From the NCBI GenBank assembly GCA_021734325.1, contig JAIPJF010000001.1:88232-152231 (forward strand): DNA of 64,000 nucleotides, in the 5' to 3' direction. Positions 9,919 to 17,688 of the stretch are shown piece by piece. This stretch comes from Fidelibacterota bacterium (GTDB taxonomy: Bacteria > Fidelibacterota > UBA8477 > JABMPR01). The position numbers and the translations under genes were made by a program. Under the pieces are notes generated by a model. That model did not search any database, was not told the origin of the DNA, and saw only the letters and a list, made by a program, of their open reading frames with translations. The stretch's first letter is position 1. Each line of letters opens with the position of its first letter.

Positions 9919-10506
9919 TTATGCTTTCTTTGGCAAAGTGATAATGAGGATCCCATCCTTCAGAACTGTGGTCATGCTCGCAGCGTCTGCATCCTCTGGT
10001 ATACTCACATAGCGCTGCAGCTTACCTGAATAGCGCTCGCTCCTTTTATAATCTGATTTATCGGATTCCTTCTCCTGAACGGTCTCAGCCTGAATATTCA
10101 GCATATTATTTTCCACACTTACATTTATTGAATTATTTTCGGTACCGGGGAGCTCAACTTCTATTAAATACTTATCAGCTTCCTCTTTAATATCGAGGGC
10201 TGGTGATGCCCTAAAATCTCCAAATACCGAATCGAAGTAAGGTTTGCCTTTAAAATTAAGGGCAAAATGACCAAACAATTGATCCATATCTCGCTGCATG
10301 TTGTCTAGACCTGAGAAAAGGTCAAAAAGATCGTCTCCATTCCGACTAAACCACTCTCTCTGAGCGTCGGAGATATTGACGGAATCCTGTTTTGCCTTTT
10401 TATCATCATTGATTTGCTTACCAAGGTCGTAGAGATAGAAACCTTCTATGGCAACGGCCAATACGAGTATCAAACCAATAATGATGGTTACTCTGTTCTG
10501 TTTCAT
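9919..10506 (-). CDS. Hsp20-family protein with an N-terminal transmembrane/signal anchor
   Basis: 195 aa. The N-terminus MKQNRVTIIIGLILVLAVAIEGFYLY is hydrophobic. The C-terminal half is an alpha-crystallin domain (PALDIKEEADKYLIEVELPG...SGKLQRYVSIPEDAD...DGILIITLPK). Confidence 0.8.
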   Translation of the reverse strand: MKQNRVTIIIGLILVLAVAIEGFYLYDLGKQINDDKKAKQDSVNISDAQREWFSRNGDDLFDLFSGLDNMQRDMDQLFGHFALNFKGKPYFDSVFGDFRASPALDIKEEADKYLIEVELPGTENNSINVSVENNMLNIQAETVQEKESDKSDYKRSERYSGKLQRYVSIPEDADAASMTTVLKDGILIITLPKKA

Positions 10507-10710
10507 AGAACACCTCCAATCATTTTGAGTCTAACAAACGTTTGACAAATATCATTTTAAATAACGCATGTCAAAAACACAGGTTCCCAGTCCCATTCCT
10601 CCATTTTGTATTCTTTGAAAGAAATGATGGTGGATATTCATCTTCGATAAATGGATTCTGCCATATTGGCTGGCAAGAGTCTGATAAGCACTAAATATTG
10701 ACAGGAAAAC

Positions 10711-10738
10711 CTATTTGGCACGGACTTCGCCCAAATAG
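10711..10738. repeat. Perfect 8-bp inverted repeat CTATTTGG-N12-CCAAATAG immediately upstream of clpB
   Basis: Read directly from the sequence. It encloses the TGGCAC-N5-TCGC element. Confidence 0.45.
10716..10730 (+). promoter_or_regulatory. -24/-12-like element upstream of clpB (TGGCAC-N5-TCGC)
   Basis: TGGCACGGACTTCGC has the canonical GG-N10-GC spacing of sigma-54 promoters. It ends 28 nt upstream of the clpB ATG at 10759. Confidence 0.35.
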
Positions 10739-10758
10739 CGTTGAAAGGAACCAGACTT

Positions 10759-12828
10759 ATGAATCAACAGCCCCCAATAAATTCGGAAGAAAATGTAAAC
10801 GCCGTTGAAAAATACGGTATCAATCTGACCAAGCTAGCTAAAGAAGGTCGCATAGACCCTGTCATCGGAAGAGAGGATGAAATACGCCGGATCATACAAA
10901 TTCTCTCCAGACGGACAAAAAATAACCCAGTTTTGATTGGAGACCCTGGGACAGGAAAAACCACAGTCGTTGAAGGTCTTGCCAGAAGGATCGTCGAAGG
11001 TGATGTGCCTGAAAACATGCTCGGTAAACAATTGGTTACTCTGGATCTGAGTGCCATGGTTGCTGGAGCAATGTATCGCGGACAATTTGAAGAAAGATTA
11101 AAGAATTTTGTAAAAGAGATCATTGCCAGTGAAGGTGAGATCATAGTTTTTATCGATGAATTGCATCTGATCGTCGGGGCTGGAGCTGTTGAGGGACAAA
11201 TGGATGTTTCCAACATGATCAAACCCGAGCTTGCTCGGGGACGGATGAAAGTGGTTGGCGCCACAACGCTGAATGAATATCAGAAATACATCGAAAAGGA
11301 TGCTGCACTGGAACGTCGCTTTCAGCAGGTATACATCGCTGAACCTTCTGTGGAGGACACCATAACGATACTCCGCGGCATCAAAGATAAATACGAGCTG
11401 CACCATGGGCTCCAGATCAAGGATTCGGCACTCATATCAGCCGCTACCCTCTCTGACCGTTACATCACAGAGCGTTTCCTCCCGGATAAGGCGGTAGATC
11501 TGATTGATGAGGCCGCAGCTAAAATCCGCATGGAAATGAATTCTGCTCCTGAGGATATCGATAACGCTCGTCGGAAACTCATTCAGTTAGAGATCGAGAG
11601 AGAATCCCTGAAACGGGAAAAGGATCAACGTTCCAAAACCAGATTGATTGAAGCCCAGGAAGAAATCAAGGAATTGAAGCTCAAGCTTGACAAACTAAAT
11701 AATGTCTGGAATCAGGAAAAGGAAACAGCAGCAAAAATTCAAGTTCTGAAGGGTAATCTTGATACACTCACCCATAAAGCAGAACAGGCTTCCAGAGATG
11801 GCGATTATCAAGCCTCGGCTAAAATTCAGTACAATGATATTCCTCAGCTGGAACAACAAATCGAAGCCTTGAATCTGCAGCTGGCTGATAGTCAATTTTT
11901 GAAATTGGAAGTCAGTTCTGAGGATATTGCAGAAATTGTCGCCAAATGGACCGGGATTCCAGTGAGCAGAATGCTGCAGGGTGAGCAGGAGAAATTACTG
12001 GAGATGGAATCCCTGCTCCGTAAACGGGTACTCGGACAAGACGAAGCGGTGACAAAGGTGGCAGATGTCATTCGCATGTCAAAGATTGGTCTCACCGATA
12101 GTGAACGGCCCCTCGGTTCCTTCCTGTTCATGGGGAATACAGGTGTTGGGAAGACTGAATTGGCTAAAACACTTGCAGAGCTTCTGTTCGATGAAGAACG
12201 AGCACTGGTCAGGATCGATATGAGTGAGTATATGGAGCAACATTCTGTGGCCAAGTTGATCGGAAGTCCCCCTGGATATGTCGGTTATGATGAAGGGGGA
12301 CAGCTGACAGAAAAGATCAGAAGGCGTCCTTATTCTGTCATCCTTTTCGACGAGATTGAAAAGGCACATCCCAGTGTGCTCCACATTCTGCTGCAGATAC
12401 TGGATGATGGTCGACTCACTGATGCCAAGGGACGGACAGTGAATTTCAAGAATGCCATTATCATCATGACTTCAAATATTCCCAGCGAAGAGATCAGGGA
12501 GTATTTGCGTCCTGAATTCATCAATCGAATTGATGAAATCCTGGTCTTTAAAGACCTGAATGCAGATATCATTGCCAGCATCGTAGATCTTCAGTTGGAA
12601 ATGGCTGTTGGGATGCTTGGGACTCAGGGTATTCAATTGACTGTCGCTGCATCGGCACGAGAGTATATCATTAAATTTGGTTATCAGCCAGAATATGGTG
12701 CGAGACCAATCAAACGGATGATCAGGCAAGAGATCCTCGCTCCAGTGGCTAAGTTTCTCCTCACCAATACTACTGCCACGGATGTGAAAGCAAGTGTGAA
12801 GGATGGATCCATTATAATCAGTGGGTAG
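10759..12828 (+). CDS. clpB: ClpB disaggregase (AAA+), natively lacking the N-terminal domain
   Basis: Two Walker A motifs (GDPGTGKT, GNTGVGKT), a coiled-coil middle domain, and GARPIKR. The first residues (ENVNAVEKYGINLTKLAKEGRIDPVIGR) align to about residues 150-180 of E. coli ClpB. I chose the ATG at 10759 (RBS AAAGGAA) over the TTG at 10741 used by the track. Confidence 0.9.
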   Translation: MNQQPPINSEENVNAVEKYGINLTKLAKEGRIDPVIGREDEIRRIIQILSRRTKNNPVLIGDPGTGKTTVVEGLARRIVEGDVPENMLGKQLVTLDLSAMVAGAMYRGQFEERLKNFVKEIIASEGEIIVFIDELHLIVGAGAVEGQMDVSNMIKPELARGRMKVVGATTLNEYQKYIEKDAALERRFQQVYIAEPSVEDTITILRGIKDKYELHHGLQIKDSALISAATLSDRYITERFLPDKAVDLIDEAAAKIRMEMNSAPEDIDNARRKLIQLEIERESLKREKDQRSKTRLIEAQEEIKELKLKLDKLNNVWNQEKETAAKIQVLKGNLDTLTHKAEQASRDGDYQASAKIQYNDIPQLEQQIEALNLQLADSQFLKLEVSSEDIAEIVAKWTGIPVSRMLQGEQEKLLEMESLLRKRVLGQDEAVTKVADVIRMSKIGLTDSERPLGSFLFMGNTGVGKTELAKTLAELLFDEERALVRIDMSEYMEQHSVAKLIGSPPGYVGYDEGGQLTEKIRRRPYSVILFDEIEKAHPSVLHILLQILDDGRLTDAKGRTVNFKNAIIIMTSNIPSEEIREYLRPEFINRIDEILVFKDLNADIIASIVDLQLEMAVGMLGTQGIQLTVAASAREYIIKFGYQPEYGARPIKRMIRQEILAPVAKFLLTNTTATDVKASVKDGSIIISG

Positions 12829-13004
12829 ATCCAGCATCCTATCCAGGTCAAAATGTAAGAATATCATCCTGTGATAATTTGAATATATTGAATCGAATGA
12901 TTTCGTGAAATATCATTCAACATTAGCTGGTACTTTTACACAGCGCGTGATTAATTTAATTTCTGATAAAACACGATCAGAGACGGTTTGAGGAGATACT
13001 TACT

Positions 13005-13607
13005 GTGGAACAATGGCTGGAACTATGGTGGTTTGCCTATATCGTATTGCCGGTACTGATTTTTTTAGCAAGAATTCTGGACGTTACATTGGGCACAATC
13101 CGAATTCTTTTCATCTCTCGCGGGATCAAGACTTTGGCCGCCTTGCTGGGCTTTTTCGAGGTTTTCATCTGGTTGGTGGTAATCTCAGGGATGATGCGCG
13201 GTCTCAATTCCCCCTTTTATTACATATTTTATGCGGCAGGGTTTGCAGCTGGAAATTATGTCGGCATAACTTTGGAACGGCGTTTACATATTGGCAAGAT
13301 CGCTCTTCGAGTAATCCTAAGTGAAAATTCTGATGCACTCATTAAATATTTTCAAAAAAAAGGTTACGGGATAACCATTGTTGACGCAGAGGGTGCGCGG
13401 GGTCCAGTAAAGATATTGTACAGCATTCTTGAGCGTAAGAATCTTGATTCTTTGATCAGTGAAGTGAAGCGTTTTAATCCCAAGGCTTTCTATTCCGTTG
13501 AGGATGTAAAAACGGTGTCTGAAGGTAATTTTCCAGTTACAGAAAGAACGAGAGGTCTGGGCCTGAACAAGGTCTTAAAATCCACACCACTTCGAAAGGG
13601 CAAGTGA
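13005..13607 (+). CDS. UPF0316/DUF2179-family membrane protein
   Basis: 200 aa, GTG start. ARILDVTLGTIRILFISRG is followed by three TM segments and a C-terminal soluble DUF2179-like domain (GYGITIVDAEGARG). Confidence 0.6.
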   Translation: MEQWLELWWFAYIVLPVLIFLARILDVTLGTIRILFISRGIKTLAALLGFFEVFIWLVVISGMMRGLNSPFYYIFYAAGFAAGNYVGITLERRLHIGKIALRVILSENSDALIKYFQKKGYGITIVDAEGARGPVKILYSILERKNLDSLISEVKRFNPKAFYSVEDVKTVSEGNFPVTERTRGLGLNKVLKSTPLRKGK

Positions 13608-13690
13608 GAGATGAGACATCACTCCTCTGTGTTGCACTTCTGAATTAAACGAGATGTATAATTGATCAAGAATATTGAATATATTATGAT

Positions 13691-14515
13691 ATGATTGCTG
13701 TATTCTCCTTTCTCATTATTTTGACTCTATCGCTTATTGTGACGCGTATAGCGGCTCTGGCTTTAAGTATCACTGGTCTCTCCAGTGAGACTGCCCAATT
13801 CCAGGCGAGATCTGCATTTACGGGTGTAGGTTTCACGACGGCAGAGTCTGAGGCAATATTGAAGCACCCAATACGAAGGCGAATAGTTATGATGCTTATG
13901 CTCGCCGGGAATCTGGGTATTGCAACCATCATTGCCACTGGAGTGCTCTCCTATTTCAGTACCTCCACCTCAGAAATATGGTGGGTTAATGTGTTAATCT
14001 TGATTCTGGGTCTTATTCTACTCTATATGGCAGCAACCAGTGCGCGCATTGAGCGCATGTTGAACCTGGTCATAGCCTGGGGATTAAAAAAATGGACCAA
14101 TATTGAGGTCAGAGATACGGTTACAATTCTTCAGTTGGAAAACGCTTTTGCAGTCTCCGAATTGCTGGTTGAAAAAGGTGACTGGTTGGCGGGTAAAACG
14201 CTGCGCGAAACAGCTTTATCTGCAGAGGGAGTTTTAATCTTAGGTATACAGCATGAAGACGGTGTGTATCGAGGAGCTCCCAGAGCGAATGAACTGATCC
14301 AGGCCGGGGATACGCTGGTACTCTATGCCAAGCATAAAAAAGTTGAGGATCTAGATTCCAGGATGCGCGGGTTTCATGGTGAGATCGCTCACAGGGAAGC
14401 AGTGGAAGCGTTTAATGAAGATAGGGACGAGCTGGACCAGTCAAAACAGGGTGAGCCTGATAGCGCTAGTACTTCCGGAAATGAGAAAATACTGAGAGAA
14501 CCAAATAATGCTTAA
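13691..14515 (+). CDS. Small membrane protein with a K+-channel-like pore loop and a C-terminal RCK_C (TrkA-C) domain
   Basis: TM1, then SSETAQFQARSAFTGVGFTT (pore-helix/filter-like), then TM2 and TM3. This is followed by ELLVEKGDWLAGKTLRETALSAEGVLILGIQHEDGVYRGAPRANELIQAGDTLVLYA, an RCK_C pattern. It overlaps the MscS gene by 8 nt. Confidence 0.55.
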   Translation: MIAVFSFLIILTLSLIVTRIAALALSITGLSSETAQFQARSAFTGVGFTTAESEAILKHPIRRRIVMMLMLAGNLGIATIIATGVLSYFSTSTSEIWWVNVLILILGLILLYMAATSARIERMLNLVIAWGLKKWTNIEVRDTVTILQLENAFAVSELLVEKGDWLAGKTLRETALSAEGVLILGIQHEDGVYRGAPRANELIQAGDTLVLYAKHKKVEDLDSRMRGFHGEIAHREAVEAFNEDRDELDQSKQGEPDSASTSGNEKILREPNNA

Positions 14516-15839
14516 TCTCAATTCACAATCAGTTTCTGAGCTATTCCAGGAGCTTCAGCTCTGGCTTGAAAGCCATCTTCTTGTCCTGACAAATTTTATT
14601 CAATTGGGTATTGTGATCTTGCTTGCAATCCTAAGCTTATTCATAAGCAGACACCTCAAACCTTTTCTCCATGACCGCATAAAAAGATATTTATCCAGAC
14701 AAAAGTTACTGACGAGTGCACTTAAAAGATTAAACGCACAACTCATGCCCAGCATTCTGATCATTTTCTTGTGGATAGTCACACTCATTTATAATCAATT
14801 GGTGATACCAGCTTCTTTATTGTCCCTGGTTTTGACCCTCTTAGTGGTCTGGGTTGTCATCAAAGTGATCTCTGCATCCATCCTCGATCGATTCTGGTCA
14901 AAGACAGTGTCCATTCTTGCCTGGATCATTGCAGCACTGAGTATTCTGGATGTGCTGGTACCCATGCTGGATTTTCTGGACAAGGTTGGATTCCATCTCG
15001 GTGACATCAACTTTTCAATCCTGACCATTCTGAAGGCTATTGCCTTTTTGATCGTCTCTTTACGGGCAGCAAAATGGATTGGAACCTACACAGACAAGCA
15101 GCTAATAAAATTTGAACAGATCACCCCCTCTGCACACGTCCTGATCAGCAAAAGTATTGGTGTTATGGTATATTCCATTATCACGCTTCTCGTTTTAGAC
15201 AGCATCGGTGTGGACCTGACAGCCTTCGCAGTCTTCGGAGGTGCCCTCGGTGTTGGTATTGGTTTTGGATTACAAAAGGTGGCTTCGAACTTGCTGAGTG
15301 GGATCATTCTCCTCTCTGATCGTTCTATAAAACCTGGGGATGTCGTTCAGATTGGCGAGGTATATGGTTGGATTTCCAGCCTCAAAAGCCGGTATGTCAG
15401 TGTTGTCACCCGTGATGGCCATGAATATTTGATCCCAAACGAAGATCTGATCACGCAGCAGGTGATCAACTGGTCCTATTCTGATACCAGAATAAGGTTG
15501 AAGATTCCCTTTGGCGTGTCCTACAAATCAAATCCACATCAAGTTCGAGAATTGGTTTTGGCTGCACTGGAAGGAGTTCCCAGGATACTAACCACCCCAC
15601 CCCCCATCTGTCTACTGACATCATTCGGGGATAGTTCTCTGGATCTTGAATTAAGGATTTGGATTGACGATCCCAAAAATGGTACAGCAAATATTACATC
15701 GGATGTTCTTTATCGGGTCTGGGATACGCTGAAAGCGAATGGCATTGAGATTCCTTTCCCACAGCGTGATCTTCATATTCATCAGAGTGATTTGAACGTG
15801 ACCCTACTTGAGAAAAAAAGCAAGGACGAGAGTCAATAA
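14508..15839 (+). CDS. Mechanosensitive ion channel, MscS family
   Basis: 443 aa with multiple N-terminal TMs. Conserved MscS core: GVGIGFGLQKVASNLLSGIILLSDRSIKPGDVV...VTRDGHEYLIPNEDL. Confidence 0.9.
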   Translation: MLNLNSQSVSELFQELQLWLESHLLVLTNFIQLGIVILLAILSLFISRHLKPFLHDRIKRYLSRQKLLTSALKRLNAQLMPSILIIFLWIVTLIYNQLVIPASLLSLVLTLLVVWVVIKVISASILDRFWSKTVSILAWIIAALSILDVLVPMLDFLDKVGFHLGDINFSILTILKAIAFLIVSLRAAKWIGTYTDKQLIKFEQITPSAHVLISKSIGVMVYSIITLLVLDSIGVDLTAFAVFGGALGVGIGFGLQKVASNLLSGIILLSDRSIKPGDVVQIGEVYGWISSLKSRYVSVVTRDGHEYLIPNEDLITQQVINWSYSDTRIRLKIPFGVSYKSNPHQVRELVLAALEGVPRILTTPPPICLLTSFGDSSLDLELRIWIDDPKNGTANITSDVLYRVWDTLKANGIEIPFPQRDLHIHQSDLNVTLLEKKSKDESQ

Positions 15840-15841
15840 TA

Positions 15842-16561
15842 ATGAAAATAAATTATGATATTAATGGAATTGGAAAAACAATGAAAAATTTACTTAATGC
15901 AAAATCCCTGTTAGGCCTGATCATCTTCACCTTCATGATTGGATGCGCAGGCAGCAATCCGGAATTAGTGCAGGAAAAGGACAAGGAGATCGAGCAATTA
16001 CGCGCTGAGTTGCTTCAATTGGAAAAAAATCTGGACGCGGAGAAAATTCTTAGCTTGGAACTTGGAACAGAACAGGAAAAAATAAAGGCTGATCTTGCCG
16101 TTGAGCAACAGCTCAATAAACAGTATAAAATACAGATCGAACGTTTGAAGAGTGGCGGAAATTCCGGTTTCGTCCTGGGAAATCGAATCGTTCTAACCAG
16201 TGCTGTCCTTTTTAAAGGTGGAAGTGCTGAGCTGAGTGATAAAGGTTTGGAGTACATGTATGAAATTATTGAGACTCTGGCAAAATACCCGAATCGCGAA
16301 ATCTTGATAGAAGGACATACTGACAATGTACCGATTGCTCCAGGTTATCGCTGGAAATACGCCAGCAACTGGGAGCTTTCTGCAGCCCGAGCGCTTACTG
16401 TACTCCATTATTTTGAAAAGAACAGCAAAGTAGATCCAAAACGCATAGCTGCTGTTGCTTATGGTGAACATAGACCTGCTGCAAAAAATAATTTTCCAGA
16501 GGGTCGCTCACAGAATAGACGCGTAGAAATTGTCGTGGGCCAAACTCTGCCACAGAAATAG
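15842..16561 (+). CDS. OmpA/MotB-domain lipoprotein with a coiled-coil linker
   Basis: The lipoprotein signal MKNLLNAKSLLGLIIFTFMIGC suggests an alternative start at 15881. OmpA-like C-terminus: IEGHTDNVPI...SNWELSAARALTV...NRRVEIV. Confidence 0.8.
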   Translation: MKINYDINGIGKTMKNLLNAKSLLGLIIFTFMIGCAGSNPELVQEKDKEIEQLRAELLQLEKNLDAEKILSLELGTEQEKIKADLAVEQQLNKQYKIQIERLKSGGNSGFVLGNRIVLTSAVLFKGGSAELSDKGLEYMYEIIETLAKYPNREILIEGHTDNVPIAPGYRWKYASNWELSAARALTVLHYFEKNSKVDPKRIAAVAYGEHRPAAKNNFPEGRSQNRRVEIVVGQTLPQK

Positions 16562-16584
16562 CGTTTGTTCGACTGATGAAAACC

Positions 16585-17688
16585 CTATTTCTGATCCTCC
16601 TGGAAATCTTCTGAGGGCTCTACAACAAGCACACTTGAACCGAGTTCTTCTGATACCCGTTGTTCCAGTCCATCTTCATCAGAGCGCATCTTTGTGAGCG
16701 TGGAGGGCTTATAACCCTTTGGTAGCTTCCCAATATTACAAATGGGTTCACCTGGACTGATTGCAGGTAGGCTGGTCATTCCTATTATCACGCCGTCAAA
16801 TGGTGCAAACAGCATATTCATATCATCACCCAGCAAAGTGGTGTTGGTTGCGAGTGGTTGATCTTTTTCAACCAGATCACCCGGTTTGATATGAAACTGT
16901 AAGAATCCACCAAAATCTGCCCTGATCCATTTAGTTTTCTCAATTATAATTTGGTATTCAGGAACATTTATTGGCAAATCGATCATCTCTAGGGAACCAA
17001 GAACATTTTTAATACCACGGGTGGCAGTTTCCACAATACCTGGCTCCACCTTCCATACCTCTCCACCTTCCATGATGATAGTCGGACATCCCGCTTTGCA
17101 GGCTTCCCTTCGAAACCCACCCCGAGGACCTTGTCCGTTGAGGATCAGTTCCGACCCAAATGATCGAGCAAGTTTACGAACTTTTGGATTCGTCATATCT
17201 CCCCGGACATTCGGATAATTTGTGCGACGCACAGAGGCTGTGTGGAGATCAATACCATAATCACTTCTCGTAACAATTTCGTTGAAAATGCTATATGCCA
17301 TTCGAGATGCCAGACTTCCACTTACGGTGCCGGGAAAACATCGATTCAGATCGCGACGGTCTGGGAGATAACGGGAATGACGATCAAAACCAAGTATATT
17401 CAGTACTGGCACAAGAATCAGTGATCCCCGTAATAACTCAAATTCAGGATCCTGGATGATCTGCCGAACCGCTCCCGTACCATTGATCTCATCGCCATGC
17501 AATGCTGCAGTTATAAAAACAACGGGTCCATCTTCTTTTGCCCGTCGGATATGCATGGGAATCTTAACCGTTCCACTCGTATAGCTTTCCCCAACTGCTA
17601 AATAGACCTCGCCGGATTCACCGGGCGCGATCGTGTCACCAAACCATTCACCAATTGATTTACGCTCTCTACGATCACTCATTGCCAA
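16585..17688 (-). CDS. Succinylglutamate desuccinylase/aspartoacylase-family (M14-like) zinc deacylase
   Basis: 367 aa. Contains ITAALHGDEINGT (HxxE zinc site) and IDLHTAS. Its start overlaps the rimK stop by 14 nt. Confidence 0.75.
   Translation of the reverse strand: MAMSDRRERKSIGEWFGDTIAPGESGEVYLAVGESYTSGTVKIPMHIRRAKEDGPVVFITAALHGDEINGTGAVRQIIQDPEFELLRGSLILVPVLNILGFDRHSRYLPDRRDLNRCFPGTVSGSLASRMAYSIFNEIVTRSDYGIDLHTASVRRTNYPNVRGDMTNPKVRKLARSFGSELILNGQGPRGGFRREACKAGCPTIIMEGGEVWKVEPGIVETATRGIKNVLGSLEMIDLPINVPEYQIIIEKTKWIRADFGGFLQFHIKPGDLVEKDQPLATNTTLLGDDMNMLFAPFDGVIIGMTSLPAISPGEPICNIGKLPKGYKPSTLTKMRSDEDGLEQRVSEELGSSVLVVEPSEDFQEDQK

Noticed and set aside
10764-12867. Series of minus-strand ORFs (10764-11264, 11892-12254, 12472-12867 and others) antisense to clpB
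   Set aside because: These are shadow ORFs inside a strongly supported AAA+ gene, with no motifs or translation signals. Similar antisense ORFs inside other genes (for example 42912-43376, 45254-45751 and 525-1028) were rejected for the same reason.
12895-12918. Hairpin GAATGAT-N10-ATCATTC after clpB as a terminator
   Set aside because: The 7-bp AT-rich stem has a large loop and no following T-run, so it was not called.
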